Virus record (IMG/VR): IMGVR_UViG_2751185671_000004
Coordinates: 64,001-128,000 of that record
Direction: 5' to 3' (one strand)
Origin: a virus
Lineage: Duplodnaviria > Caudoviricetes
DNA length: 64,000 bases
Shown piece by piece: positions 30,438-41,230 of this stretch (position 1 is the stretch's first letter; the number at the start of each line of letters is the position of its first letter). A program made the position numbers and the translations under genes. Under the pieces are notes generated by a model that was not told the DNA's origin, ran no database searches, and saw nothing but the letters and a program-made list of their open reading frames with translations.

Positions 30438-30920
30438 ATGCCGATAACAGAAACACCCCCTTCTACACTAACGCAGATTATGCAACTTGAAAGCATGACC
30501 ATGAAAGAACTGTTAGCTATGTGGCAGGAGTTCAACCCAACGCCACCCCCAGTACGCGCACGAAGCTATATTGAACGACGTCTAGCTTATGCATTACAAG
30601 TTAACGCGTTAAGTACCCAAGAGAAAAAAATAGTGGCTAAAAATACACAACGTATTGAAAGCATCAGTAAATCCTATGCACTCAATAAAAGCAAAAATAA
30701 ACAAGGAACTTATATTCCAGTACCGGGCACCATTTTGAAGCGGCTTTACAACGATGTGGAATACGAAGTGATTGTTCTATCAGACGGACAGTTTGAATTT
30801 CAAAAACAGCTCTATAAAAGCTTATCCAAAATTGCGAAAGAGATTACCGGTACACATTGGTCTGGGCCTGCGTTTTTTGGTTTGCGTAAGCCCAACACCC
30901 CATCGAAAAATAAAAAATGA
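30438..30920 (+). CDS. DUF2924 domain protein
   Basis: ERRLAYALQ, PGTILKRLY, YKSLSKIAKEITGTHWSGPAFFGL. Confidence 0.9.
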   Translation: MPITETPPSTLTQIMQLESMTMKELLAMWQEFNPTPPPVRARSYIERRLAYALQVNALSTQEKKIVAKNTQRIESISKSYALNKSKNKQGTYIPVPGTILKRLYNDVEYEVIVLSDGQFEFQKQLYKSLSKIAKEITGTHWSGPAFFGLRKPNTPSKNKK

Positions 30921-30935
30921 GCGAGAGAAAAATAG

Positions 30936-32294
30936 ATGAGCAAACATGTTATACCTAAACGCCGATGTGCTGTCTACACACGAAAATCCCACGAAGAGGG
31001 ACTGGATCAAGATTACAATTCTATTGATGCTCAAAAAGATGCCGGGCACGCGTATATTGCTGCGCACAGAAGTGAAGGCTGGATTTCAGTGAACGATGAC
31101 TATGATGATCCCGCCTATTCTGGTGGGACACTGGAGCGCCCTGCCCTAAAACGCTTAATGAAAGATATTCAAGAAAGTAAAGTTGATACGGTAGTGGTAT
31201 ATAAAATAGATCGCCTGACCAGAAGCCTCCATGACTTTTCGCAGCTAGTGGAGATATTTGAGCGAATGAATGTATCCTTTGTTTCTGTGACACAGGAATT
31301 TAACACGACTAGCTCCATGGGACGCTTAATGTTAAATATCTTATTATCCTTTGCACAATTTGAGCGTGAGGTCACAGCAGAACGTATACGAGATAAAGTG
31401 GCCTCGAGTAAAAGAAAAGGCTTATGGATGGGAGGTATTCCACCGTTCGGCTATGATGTTAAGGATAGGCTATTAGTGGTTAACAACAATGAGGCTAAGA
31501 CAGTCCGTCATATATTTTCTCGCTTTTTAGAGATAGGGTCAGCCACACTGCTTGTAAAAGAATTACGCCTTGACGGGATATCAACAAAATCATGGACAAC
31601 GAAGGATAATAAATATCGCCCTGGGAAGCCTATCGATAAAGGCTTTATTTATAAGCTTTTCCAGAATCGAACATACTTAGGTGAGATTGGGCACAAAGGC
31701 CAATGGTATGAAGGTAAGCATGATGCCATTATCGATAAGACACTCTGGGAAGCCGTCCATAAGAGGCTTGCTGAGAACTATAAGGCAAAAGGCAACACTA
31801 CGCGTGCTAAAGTTCCTTTCTTATTAAAGGGATTGCTATTTGATGCAGAAGGTCGTGCTCTCACCACGTCGTTTGCCAATAGTCGGCACAAAAATGGTAA
31901 ACGCTATCGTTATTACCTCAGTATACGTGATGCGAAAGAAGGCGCTGGCACTTCCGATTTAACCCGGTTTCCGGCCAGTGAAATAGAAGCTGCTGTGACA
32001 ACACAGGTCATGACTCTATTAAAGTCGTCAGAGATCGTCAAAGAGGTCACCACTATCGCTCAGGTTCACGACGATGAATTAGACGAAGCTATGGTAGCGG
32101 TAGCACTCACAAAGATGACGACTATTTGGGAGCAACTCTTTCCTGATGAGCAGGCACGGCTCATTCATCTGATGATTGAGAAAATTATTATCACCCCTGA
32201 TGATATGGATCTAAGGCTAAGAAAGAATGGACTCGAACAGCTGGCACAAGAAATAACACCGAAAACTTCGAAAGAGAAAGTGGTCAATGGATAA
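30936..32294 (+). CDS. Large serine recombinase (integrase)
   Basis: CAVYTRKS, SGGTLERPAL, VYKIDRLTRS, FAQFERE. Confidence 0.95.
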   Translation: MSKHVIPKRRCAVYTRKSHEEGLDQDYNSIDAQKDAGHAYIAAHRSEGWISVNDDYDDPAYSGGTLERPALKRLMKDIQESKVDTVVVYKIDRLTRSLHDFSQLVEIFERMNVSFVSVTQEFNTTSSMGRLMLNILLSFAQFEREVTAERIRDKVASSKRKGLWMGGIPPFGYDVKDRLLVVNNNEAKTVRHIFSRFLEIGSATLLVKELRLDGISTKSWTTKDNKYRPGKPIDKGFIYKLFQNRTYLGEIGHKGQWYEGKHDAIIDKTLWEAVHKRLAENYKAKGNTTRAKVPFLLKGLLFDAEGRALTTSFANSRHKNGKRYRYYLSIRDAKEGAGTSDLTRFPASEIEAAVTTQVMTLLKSSEIVKEVTTIAQVHDDELDEAMVAVALTKMTTIWEQLFPDEQARLIHLMIEKIIITPDDMDLRLRKNGLEQLAQEITPKTSKEKVVNG

Positions 32295-32715
32295 TCAAAC
32301 AATACCTATGTCTCGTATAATTGAAAGCAGCGACGGTTCCCTCTCTATAAAGATCTCACTTAGACCTAAAGTGCGCAGTGGCCGTAAAATTATTACACTA
32401 CCCGGTAACACAGATAGCGACTACCGCCCTTGGGATAGCGAACCCACGCCACTTCAATTAGCGCTAGCGAGGGCTTATGAGTGGGAGCAAAAACTCAACA
32501 GCGGCGTCTATGGCTCGATAAAAGAGTTAGCGAATAAAGAAGGTGTGGATAATAGTTACGTCAGCCGTATCTTAAATCTTAACATATTGGCGCCAGATAT
32601 AATCAAAGCGATTCTTGATGAAAATATATCCGAGGGGGTGACGCTCTTTACCCTGGGGGCGAATACGCCTATGGTATGGGAAGAGCAAAGAGTGAAGCTT
32701 GGTGTCACCAAATAA
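32287..32715 (+). CDS. Recombinase-associated HTH protein
   Basis: SIKELANKEGVDNSYVSRILNLNILAPDI; overlaps recombinase stop. Confidence 0.8.
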   Translation: MDNQTIPMSRIIESSDGSLSIKISLRPKVRSGRKIITLPGNTDSDYRPWDSEPTPLQLALARAYEWEQKLNSGVYGSIKELANKEGVDNSYVSRILNLNILAPDIIKAILDENISEGVTLFTLGANTPMVWEEQRVKLGVTK

Positions 32716-32941
32716 TATTAACTCCGCTAGTGGTGTTAACGGTTGCCACACTATACCATCAATAATACGTAGATGAAGAACCAAGCACACCCTTTTCAGG
32801 CCAAATATTCAAAGATAACTTTTCGAATCACTTTATGTAGATCATTAAATCACACAATTTTTTCCTCAATAGATTAGAATTGCAATCAAAACTCTATTTG
32901 ATGTATTACTAGTATAATACGTCAATTAAATTCCTGAAAAA

Positions 32942-33532
32942 TTAAGGTAGCTGTGATAAAGCCCAGTGCCCTCTCACAATATCACCATTGTTATCAACTG
33001 GAACTGAAGCCCAAGCACGAGTCGGTCTGTTAGTTCGCGGGCTACAATCCCCAACAATAGCTCGATATTTCCAACTTCCGTCATTTGCAATAACCACCAT
33101 AGACGAACCGACAAAGGAATAGCCGCTTGTGTTACCTGTATATCTATCTAATCGTTCAAATGCATTACTACATGCTATGTTCGAAGTAGGTAGCATTTTA
33201 TACGAGATTTGACGAGAAGCATTTGTATAAGTGTAGTCATAGGTAGCAATTGGTATTCCATCAGAGTATAACTTAATTTTGTAATCACCATTGCCCAGGC
33301 TTGGTGGCATTTCAGCAGTAATTTCTGTGTTAGAGAAACAAAAAGAACAAATTTGGAGTTGAACGTCTGATATTTTAATTTCTGGTATATTGTCATTATA
33401 TGTTAACCCTCGGCCTTGAATAATCAGTGTTGTTCCATCTGATGCAACCTGCTCAATAGATGTTCCTTCTATATCTAAAGCTTCACATGAAAACGCAATT
33501 CCTATTGTAAGATATAAAATTAGCTTAAACAT
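32942..33532 (-). CDS. Secreted hypothetical protein with IPT/TIG-like segment
   Basis: Signal-like N-terminus; TLIIQGRGL...SNTEITAEMP. Confidence 0.55.
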   Translation of the reverse strand: MFKLILYLTIGIAFSCEALDIEGTSIEQVASDGTTLIIQGRGLTYNDNIPEIKISDVQLQICSFCFSNTEITAEMPPSLGNGDYKIKLYSDGIPIATYDYTYTNASRQISYKMLPTSNIACSNAFERLDRYTGNTSGYSFVGSSMVVIANDGSWKYRAIVGDCSPRTNRPTRAWASVPVDNNGDIVRGHWALSQLP

Positions 33533-33590
33533 AAGTTTATTACCTTTTAATACTTTGATATTTTAGTAGATCAGCAATTGCTGTTTATAG

Positions 33591-34078
33591 CTATCCTGCA
33601 CAAAAGTTAAAGATAGGAGTCTTAGCGAAAAAACCATCACTAATCACTATCTCTTCGTTTTGATAGTTAAAAACAAGATTGCTCAATTTAACAGAAACTG
33701 TACTTTCCCATACAGGAGTTGTATCAATTCTCTTAATTCGCACATCACCATCTGACGCTGGAATAACTATTTCTTTATTAGGTTCACAGACAATGTCACT
33801 ACCTTGATACACGCCATAGCACAATTAATATCTTCATATTCATTTAAGCTGATGAGTTCGACAAACCTAGCGACATCATATTTACCAGACTTGAGTGGAA
33901 TTTGAACAATTAAAAGCCATCGGCTATCTGATGTCTTTGAATAGCTATGAAAACAGTAATTCCAAAACGAGACAAACTCTAGTGATTTAGAATTGGCAAT
34001 ATATGATTCGCGTTCTTCTAATGGTACGCAGCCGTTTAATATATAAAAAGATATAAATATTGATATCAATCTTATCAT
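33591..34078 (-). pseudogene. Probable frameshifted lipoprotein gene (two overlapping ORFs)
   Basis: LNGC lipobox-like start; ORFs 33767-34078 and 33591-33824 overlap in different frames. Confidence 0.4.
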
Positions 34079-34153
34079 TAGGAACTCGTTATCTTCATAA
34101 CAAAGAGCCAGATAACAAGTTCTTTGCTGTATACATTATTCGTTTTAGTAAAA

Positions 34154-34531
34154 TTATCTTACCAATTTAAGACAAGTATCCACAGGCAAACGATAACCGG
34201 TGATTATCTGTATTTGATTACAAGCTTGTCTTTTCGCCTCATTAAGTAAATTGTTACCCCATGGGGTCTCTAAAAGTAGCTTCATTTCTAAGTCGTCTTC
34301 CAGCATTTCATCTAGAACTATTAATAAACCCCAACTCAAAAATGTTATGCTCCCAGCCTCGTTTCCATTTAACCATGATTCAAATCTAGTAATATCTCTT
34401 CGAACACGTGATGAGTCAATATTATTTTCATCTACTGACCAAATTAACACTGATTCTTTTTGTAAATTATTAATCATAAATTTTTTCTTATGGGCTGAAT
34501 TACAATCAAAGATCAGCCGCAAAGCGGACAT
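34154..34531 (-). CDS. Hypothetical protein downstream of AIPR gene
   Basis: 15 bp downstream of the AIPR stop, same strand. Confidence 0.5.
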   Translation of the reverse strand: MSALRLIFDCNSAHKKKFMINNLQKESVLIWSVDENNIDSSRVRRDITRFESWLNGNEAGSITFLSWGLLIVLDEMLEDDLEMKLLLETPWGNNLLNEAKRQACNQIQIITGYRLPVDTCLKLVR

Positions 34532-34546
34532 TTAGTTAGACTCGCT

Positions 34547-36211
34547 TTACGAAAGTAGATCACTCAACGACTCAGCCTTTCCCCGAGCAACATCTTTTTT
34601 GAAAATTTGCAATAGTTTGCTTCTTAGATCTCTCAACTTTGTAGGACTTTTCAAATCACTTTTATAATCAAATTTATCGCCCATATTTTCAACCTCGTAA
34701 TTAAGATCCATAACAATTAGTTTAAGTATTGACTCTATCGCGTCCATAAATTTTTCAACTTTACCGTCATCAAAAAGTTCAGCTGGAGACCTCGAATAAA
34801 CCAAAGCCACTTCATCAGATTTTATTAGCTCTGAAATAACGGACATTAAAAAAAATCTAGTCAACCCATACTTTGATAACGGTGTTGGCTGAATTCTAGG
34901 AGTAACTATCTTGATCTTCTCCATGATCAAATAAAGAAATATAATCCGATAAGCCGTTACAACGGGACGAGCAAAAATATCAGAATATTTATCATCAAAA
35001 AGCCTGTATACTTGATGACATGACTCCGGCTCCATTAAGTCATATGCAAGTAATAACTTGCCCGCCTCTTCATTAGTAATTAATGTTGTACCTTCCGATT
35101 GTTCTTGTCCTCTCTTTATTTCCAACTCGTAAATTCCATTTTCAATGTGAGAGAACTCTTTCTTTAATCTCAACTGGACTTCGTTAGTAGACTTCAAATC
35201 CCTCGGTTTAATGGCGTTTTGATTATTGCTATTTATTGTAATTTTTTTGGAAAGTTCTGGGTTTTGAATTTGAATTACTTTTGCAATAACTCTCAAATCT
35301 TCTGATAGCTTATCGGATAACTTTTTAAACGTAGATATGCTTTGAGCTCCATTTACAACCACATAATTAGCTATATTTAAACTATCGCCTTTCAGTTCTG
35401 CTTTTTCACATAATATATTTATTCCGTTATGATAGAGCGTGAAGTTTTCATGCTCTTTCTTATCATTGACACTTTCCATTAACGCTTTATTAACTTTAGT
35501 ATTTCCCAAAGATTGCCTTACATTCTGTGAAAAAAGCGTTCCGTCATCTATACCCTGCATACCTATGAGTTCAAGAGCTTTAACTGGTAATATATAAGTT
35601 GTTGCGCGGTCAGACGTATGAAGTACAATTGGCGTGACATAGCTCGTATCAAAGACGTGCTCGCCTTCAATACCACCTTCAGCTTCAATATCAATATATT
35701 TACTAACAATTGCGCGCCTATCGTATACAGTGATAGAACTATCTTGTCTGACAAATTCTTCTCCATTCTTATCCAATGGTTGATTAGAAATGAACACCCC
35801 TTCTACTTTATAGCCCTTCGAAATCAGATCTTTCACGTTACTTCTCTTAAGAATTTTTTTTAATTCTTCATTTGCACCACCATCAATTAACGCTTGAACT
35901 GAATCGACGTCAGATAATTGTGTAATAGTTCCTGCTAATTCTCTAAGTGACGCATCACCAATTGAAGACTCTTTCTGTTTTATTTTTCCTTGAAGAACTA
36001 ATACTTTCTTAAGTGTATGTTCAACCACTAGACCATCTATTCCGCGATCGTTTGCTCTATCACATATGGCATCGTCCGCAGCGACGCTATCTAAGCGAAA
36101 TATATTTTCTAAGAACCAGTTTAAAAAGGCTATAGACTCCCCACGCCCTTTTTCCTCGTAGGAAATGAGAATTTTTTTTAAATTTACGTATTCTAATTCT
36201 TGTAAGAACAC
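34547..36211 (-). CDS. AIPR family protein
   Basis: DRGIDG N-terminal nuclease-like motif; LFSQNVRQSLG, YHNGI, VVNGAQS, NSNNQNAI. Confidence 0.88.
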   Translation of the reverse strand: MFLQELEYVNLKKILISYEEKGRGESIAFLNWFLENIFRLDSVAADDAICDRANDRGIDGLVVEHTLKKVLVLQGKIKQKESSIGDASLRELAGTITQLSDVDSVQALIDGGANEELKKILKRSNVKDLISKGYKVEGVFISNQPLDKNGEEFVRQDSSITVYDRRAIVSKYIDIEAEGGIEGEHVFDTSYVTPIVLHTSDRATTYILPVKALELIGMQGIDDGTLFSQNVRQSLGNTKVNKALMESVNDKKEHENFTLYHNGINILCEKAELKGDSLNIANYVVVNGAQSISTFKKLSDKLSEDLRVIAKVIQIQNPELSKKITINSNNQNAIKPRDLKSTNEVQLRLKKEFSHIENGIYELEIKRGQEQSEGTTLITNEEAGKLLLAYDLMEPESCHQVYRLFDDKYSDIFARPVVTAYRIIFLYLIMEKIKIVTPRIQPTPLSKYGLTRFFLMSVISELIKSDEVALVYSRSPAELFDDGKVEKFMDAIESILKLIVMDLNYEVENMGDKFDYKSDLKSPTKLRDLRSKLLQIFKKDVARGKAESLSDLLS

Positions 36212-36589
36212 TTATAGCTCCTGTCTATCAATAGTTATGAATTTTATCAAATGACACTTAGTTTATAGATCGCATTCCAGGTCACCATTCAGGGTCGTTT
36301 TCCACCTCACTCAATACAACATTTTAGCTGAAGCACTAAGCGGCTGCTTCGGACAATTTTCTGATCCAAATAATATCACCTTGTATATCCACTAAAGTTC
36401 AATTCGACGCCATATCTTTTTGGATGCCAATGCCAAAAAATTCCACTAAGTCGGGGGCTAGAAAATTAGAGTGCGCACTATTGAAGTCTATAGCGCAGAT
36501 ATTTTTAGTGGCACTCCGTTCTGCAGCTGAAAAATAAAAGCGAAGGCCAAAACTTTTACTAGTAGGATTAGAGGGCATTTGTTAGGTCA

Positions 36590-37141
36590 TTACCTATTCT
36601 CAGGGTGTACTTTTTCTTTAAGTATTTGGACTAGTTGCTCTGCACTTAAAGAATCTAAATAGAAGTTATTTCTCATCTTATTGAAAACCGTCAACATCCT
36701 GCGATAGCTATCTACTGATGGAAGGTGCGAATTAAAGTTTCTTCCTTTAAACTCTTCAAAGCGATCAAGTTGATTCACAATAAACGATGCAGTTCCCATA
36801 TAATCAGTTTCATTGTTGCCATCAAAACCTCTAAACTTTGGATCTTTGCCAAATGGTGATGCTTCTTTCTCAACATAAGCCCTATCTTCGTCATTAAGCT
36901 CGCCGTAGCTATACTCAATAAAACTCCACATATCTAGAATATCTAGTACTTCTTTTACGATTCCAGGTGTCTCTTGATTTTCAAAGGGGATACCGGAGTA
37001 TTTCCATGGTATACTCCACGTTTTATCGCTATATATTGCAGAACGAATAAAGTCAGGCTCAATTTCACCATCTACGTCTAAAGTATCATAAAGCTCGCTG
37101 AGCATTAACAGTATTAGTTTTTCACCATCTGTAATTTTCAT
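36590..37141 (-). CDS. YfbU family protein
   Basis: EKLILLML, VLDILDMW, FRGFDGNNE, NSH. Confidence 0.85.
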   Translation of the reverse strand: MKITDGEKLILLMLSELYDTLDVDGEIEPDFIRSAIYSDKTWSIPWKYSGIPFENQETPGIVKEVLDILDMWSFIEYSYGELNDEDRAYVEKEASPFGKDPKFRGFDGNNETDYMGTASFIVNQLDRFEEFKGRNFNSHLPSVDSYRRMLTVFNKMRNNFYLDSLSAEQLVQILKEKVHPENR

Positions 37142-37152
37142 TGTTATTTCCC

Positions 37153-37665
37153 TTAATTAAAGCGGGTTGTAATACTCTCTCTCTTTTCGTCAGAAAGAGT
37201 CTTTACGGTTGGCATAAAATCATTGATTTTGTAGTAAATACTTTTGCCTGCCGCCTTTTTATCTTCAAACGATTTAGCTTCAGACAACGCTTCTATGTCA
37301 TCATTTAAAGCCGCACACAGCTCTTTAGCTTTGTTATCAAAGAACTCTGTAAAGTGCGAGCTTTGCTCATTAATAAAGCGGGAGAACTCTTCTACCTCCT
37401 TTGCAATGCCTGCACAATTTACACCACGAAGCATTGTTGGGTTACATGAAGGCCCAACCTTTGAAACAGTTTTCAAAACCCTGCTCGTTTCTGCATGAAC
37501 TTGAGATACTTCAGCCAATTTTCGTCTGTCAACAATCTCATTTTTGACGATTTCGGCTTTTTTTGCGGATGTTGATGCCTTACTAGCTTCAACCCAAGCC
37601 CAGATCGCAGCACCAATAGAAGCAATGCTCCCCAGTACTGATACCCATTTTTCTATTGAATCCAA
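37153..37665 (-). CDS. N-terminally anchored hypothetical protein
   Basis: Hydrophobic N-terminal helix; follows a GTTAGGT junction. Confidence 0.7.
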   Translation of the reverse strand: MDSIEKWVSVLGSIASIGAAIWAWVEASKASTSAKKAEIVKNEIVDRRKLAEVSQVHAETSRVLKTVSKVGPSCNPTMLRGVNCAGIAKEVEEFSRFINEQSSHFTEFFDNKAKELCAALNDDIEALSEAKSFEDKKAAGKSIYYKINDFMPTVKTLSDEKRESITTRFN

Positions 37666-37693
37666 AACATTATCCTGCTTGACTCCTGATAGA

Positions 37694-37790
37694 ACCTAAC
37701 AGCAGGTTATGTCGGGATTCCCGAATATCCACTGCTGTTTTTCAATTAACATTCTAAGTAAAACCCCAACAACTTCAATGAGCAAAAAGA
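37694..37790 (-). repeat. attI/promoter-like element, copy A (related to 41205 and 42648)
   Basis: Minus strand ...ttaattgaaa...gggaatcccgacataacctgctGTTAGGT just before first gene. Confidence 0.45.
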
Positions 37791-38073
37791 ATCTACTTAA
37801 ACAACCTCTACTCGCAATAGTAAGCCTCTGTATTTAACGAGACTCTGGTGGTCTTTTACGCGAGCAGCAGAAGTTAGAATATCCATCCGTTTCGAACGTT
37901 CGCTCTTAAGAGTTTCTTCGTCATTCTAGCTTTTCCGCTAGTGGCCGCAAGGTGCAAACTCCCACCATCAACGTTATCATACAACTCATCTGCTATTATT
38001 TTATTCAGTGCCAAGCTTGATCCATTTTCACCTACTAAATAATAGGTAAAGTTAGGAAAACTTACATTTGCAG

Positions 38074-38760
38074 TTATAAATTCAAAGCTGTTTTAATAAG
38101 TGAGTAGTCGTCTTTAGTAACAAGCGCTTTCGCCCCCATATCTCTCACCATCATTTCTGGCCCTTTACAATGTAATTTTAGAGGGTTTCCTTCTTGAGGA
38201 ATAACTGCAAACAGTGGATGTTTTTCCTGAACACAGAATTTAGCATGCGTTGTTGTGCCGCTTCTAACATCAGATTCGACAATAATGGAACACTTAGATA
38301 ATCCGACTTGTATGCGGTTACGTGGCACAAAGTTTTGTCTACTCGCTCGAGCACCTTCTGGATGTTCTGAAACCCATAGACCACCAGATTCCAATATTTG
38401 GTAGCCTAACTGTTGATTGGCCTTGGGTTCCGCCGTATGTAAACCATGGGCCAACACAGCAATCGTGTTTCCAGCTACGTCTAGACACCCCCTATGGGCT
38501 TCAGCATCAATACCTAAAGCAAGCCCACTGACCACTGTCGCTCCCAAGCTAACACAGTGGCGAGCTATTCTATTTGTTATTTTTAAGCCATTAGTTGTGG
38601 CATTACGTGTGCCAACAATGGCCACACCTAGAGAAGACACGAGCAAATCTAAGTTGCCTCGAGCGTAAAGTATGCGTGGGGGACTCATGATATTACGAAG
38701 ACTGTCTGGATAATAATCAGAATCTTGGTCTATTGCATGTATTTCTGTATTTTGCTGCAC
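38074..38760 (-). CDS. DprA/Smf-like protein (ShosA-like antitoxin)
   Basis: VAIVGTR, VVSGLALGIDAEAH, RNRIQVGLS. Confidence 0.88.
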   Translation of the reverse strand: MQQNTEIHAIDQDSDYYPDSLRNIMSPPRILYARGNLDLLVSSLGVAIVGTRNATTNGLKITNRIARHCVSLGATVVSGLALGIDAEAHRGCLDVAGNTIAVLAHGLHTAEPKANQQLGYQILESGGLWVSEHPEGARASRQNFVPRNRIQVGLSKCSIIVESDVRSGTTTHAKFCVQEKHPLFAVIPQEGNPLKLHCKGPEMMVRDMGAKALVTKDDYSLIKTALNL

Positions 38761-38771
38761 AGTTGGCTGCT

Positions 38772-39326
38772 CTATCCTCTCATTGTTCTGCCTAACACTA
38801 CCGCGATTCTAACTAATGCACCAGCATCCGTTAATACATCAATGCCTGCTTTTATTGAATTAGTTGTTGTCGTTACATCGTCGAGTAGGATAACAGATCT
38901 ACCTCCAATCTTTCGTGCAATATCAATTGGAATAGCTGTCGATGCTAGTGCATCCTCTTTCCTCCGACTACCACCTTTGTGAGCCGCTAGCTTTGTCTTG
39001 GTGCGTAGGATTAAGTTATAATCGGGGTTTTGGACTGAAAACTCAAAGGATAGGTTCTTAATTAGCTTAGCGAAGCCTGCATGAGACCTACCGTGTGTTG
39101 ACGATGGAATCGTTGCAATAAAGACGGGTTGGCGACCTAGTCCTTTTCCGCGTAAGTAGGTAATAAGTTTGTTAGAGAAGACAGAAACGGCTTCATCTTT
39201 ACCGTCTTTAAAATCAAGAATCTGACGGCTATGAATATCAACAGAGCCTGAACTAACTGGATAGTAGTTACCCATTGCCACAATTGGAATACTCTTATAA
39301 AAATCAACGTGAAATACCATTTTCAA
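38772..39326 (-). CDS. Phosphoribosyltransferase-domain protein (ShosT-like)
   Basis: IPSST, VILLDDVTTT PRPP-binding motif; co-oriented with DprA gene. Confidence 0.8.
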   Translation of the reverse strand: MKMVFHVDFYKSIPIVAMGNYYPVSSGSVDIHSRQILDFKDGKDEAVSVFSNKLITYLRGKGLGRQPVFIATIPSSTHGRSHAGFAKLIKNLSFEFSVQNPDYNLILRTKTKLAAHKGGSRRKEDALASTAIPIDIARKIGGRSVILLDDVTTTTNSIKAGIDVLTDAGALVRIAVVLGRTMRG

Positions 39327-39538
39327 TCCGTTTGTCAGCTAACAATTAAGGCAACTTACCATTAACGAAAAAAACTTTGGCGACAAAAAGACTTTATTTG
39401 CGACTATATTGTTCACCCGTAGCAAATCTATCATCTAGTTACAGCTTTTAATAAATGTATAATGGCAAAAACATTAATGATTTAGCAATAGGGCAATCAA
39501 TGAATAAATTACGTATATTTTTAGGAGTTTGAAAAGGG

Positions 39539-40039
39539 ATGTTTGCAAAACTCCAAGCCTTAACATTAGTAATTACTATTCTTTTCTACTCTGAGATCTC
39601 ATTCTCGTTTACGGAAGAATATGATAAATGGAAAGCAGTGTATTTTACATGTAGTCGAGAAGAAGCAATAAAACTTCTCCAAAATCCTCAATTTAATAGG
39701 AATAGTATAATTGCATCCAAAAAAGCAAGCGATATTTGTACATTTAAATTAGGAAGCCCACCTCAGCGCTTGTATGATTTTGAAGAAGTCTTTTTTAAGA
39801 AGCTATCTAAAATAGATCCTAAATATCGACAAGGCGCAAAGACTTATAACTTCATCAGGGAATTGAAAAATTTAATTCGCAATGAACCCCTCTCAAATAA
39901 GACTCACATTCTTAATAAGGCACAAAAAATTTATAGCACAAATTTATGCCAAGATATTAATATGAGTTATTGCAAACCATCATTGTACATAGGATTGATT
40001 AGCAACTTAATTGACTCTTATCAAGACGTATTGAAGTAG
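39539..40039 (+). CDS. Secreted hypothetical protein
   Basis: Signal-peptide-like N-terminus. Confidence 0.55.
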   Translation: MFAKLQALTLVITILFYSEISFSFTEEYDKWKAVYFTCSREEAIKLLQNPQFNRNSIIASKKASDICTFKLGSPPQRLYDFEEVFFKKLSKIDPKYRQGAKTYNFIRELKNLIRNEPLSNKTHILNKAQKIYSTNLCQDINMSYCKPSLYIGLISNLIDSYQDVLK

Positions 40040-40146
40040 AGTTTAAAAAGACTAAATAGTAGTGATATGTTATAACTTGAATAGCATTTAAAAGACACTA
40101 AGCCTTGTTTATAACAGAGAACAACCATAAATAAGCTGTTAGGATT

Positions 40147-41052
40147 ATGAAAAAAAATAGGAAATATATCATGAAATTAGAAAAAGCTTTTTCAGAGGAT
40201 GTGAAGCTAAACATTACTGCCCGACAAGCAGACATGAAATTTGCTGAAGGAGTTATACAGTCAAAATTTAACTTCCAATGTCCGGGTAAAAACTGTGATG
40301 CACCCGTTACTTGCGCTAATCTAGATCGTCCGCTAGAAAAGAGAAAGCGTGACCCTTACTATATAATCGTTGGTGAACATAGCTCTCAATGCAATATAGC
40401 AAAAGATATTGATAATCAAAAGAAAGCCTCAAAAACAACGATGGATATATACAAAGATAGTGACGAGTATATAGATCATGCTATTCGAATAAATCTCCAA
40501 CCACCAAGTACAAAAAGGCTTGAATCAGGCGATCTTGCAAAGAATAGTGAATATAGTGAAAGTAGGATTAGTCGCGGGAGGGTGATAGCTGGAAAGCGTA
40601 AAATCCAGCGAACAAAAACACTTTCTTCATTAATCGACGCATATTTAGCAAAAGAATCATTGATCGTACAGTTACCAGAAACAGGGTTGATTGACCTCAA
40701 CAATCTATTTATTGAAATTAATGGGCAAAATTTAGCTGATTTTGAAGATGAATTTCGAATTTATTACGGAAAGGCATGGTTTAATAAAAAAGAGCATGGG
40801 TACTCTATCGTTTTCGATAAAACACTTACATCAGGTGATATCATTAAGCGCCCGTCAACCTATATTCCAATAAGTAAACTGGAAGTATCAGGTTTTAAAC
40901 GCTTTAACCTAGACACATTAGAAAGAACTGCCGATAACAAACCCAAGATGGTTTTTTTAATTTCAGAGACGGGGCCTAGAGTTAAAGATGGGCATATCAA
41001 TATATGGTGTGAAAGTCCTGAATATTTGGATTACAGATTGTTAGAAAAATAA
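40147..41052 (+). CDS. Hypothetical protein with N-terminal zinc-ribbon-like motif
   Basis: FQCPGKNC...EHSSQC. Confidence 0.65.
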   Translation: MKKNRKYIMKLEKAFSEDVKLNITARQADMKFAEGVIQSKFNFQCPGKNCDAPVTCANLDRPLEKRKRDPYYIIVGEHSSQCNIAKDIDNQKKASKTTMDIYKDSDEYIDHAIRINLQPPSTKRLESGDLAKNSEYSESRISRGRVIAGKRKIQRTKTLSSLIDAYLAKESLIVQLPETGLIDLNNLFIEINGQNLADFEDEFRIYYGKAWFNKKEHGYSIVFDKTLTSGDIIKRPSTYIPISKLEVSGFKRFNLDTLERTADNKPKMVFLISETGPRVKDGHINIWCESPEYLDYRLLEK

Positions 41053-41204
41053 TATGTAGAAAAACTGGACACAAATAAAGGGGGTACTTCTCTGTAAATA
41101 CTCTGTTTAGCAGTGTGTATAAACTCTTTCCTGGCATCTAGTTAAATATAGTGGCTTATTTTTTCTAGTAAATTTTTTTAAGTGTATTGTTGCACCCCCT
41201 TTAA

Positions 41205-41230
41205 CCTGTTAGAGTTTTATCTACAACATT
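41205..41230 (+). repeat. Exact 26-bp core of repeated element, copy B
   Basis: cctgttagagttttatctacaacatt identical to 42648-42673. Confidence 0.9.

Larger units (their letters stand above)
1..32715. mobile_element. Prophage (lambda-like head, P2-like baseplate, large serine recombinase); left end outside window, right end uncertain (cargo may extend to ~46.3 kb)
   Basis: Contiguous baseplate, head, terminase, methyltransferase, replication and recombinase genes in typical order. Confidence 0.95.

Noticed and set aside
38074-39326. Competence genes dprA/comF
   Set aside because: Both proteins are short, lie in an accessory island and are paired as in ShosTA-like systems; symbols not assigned
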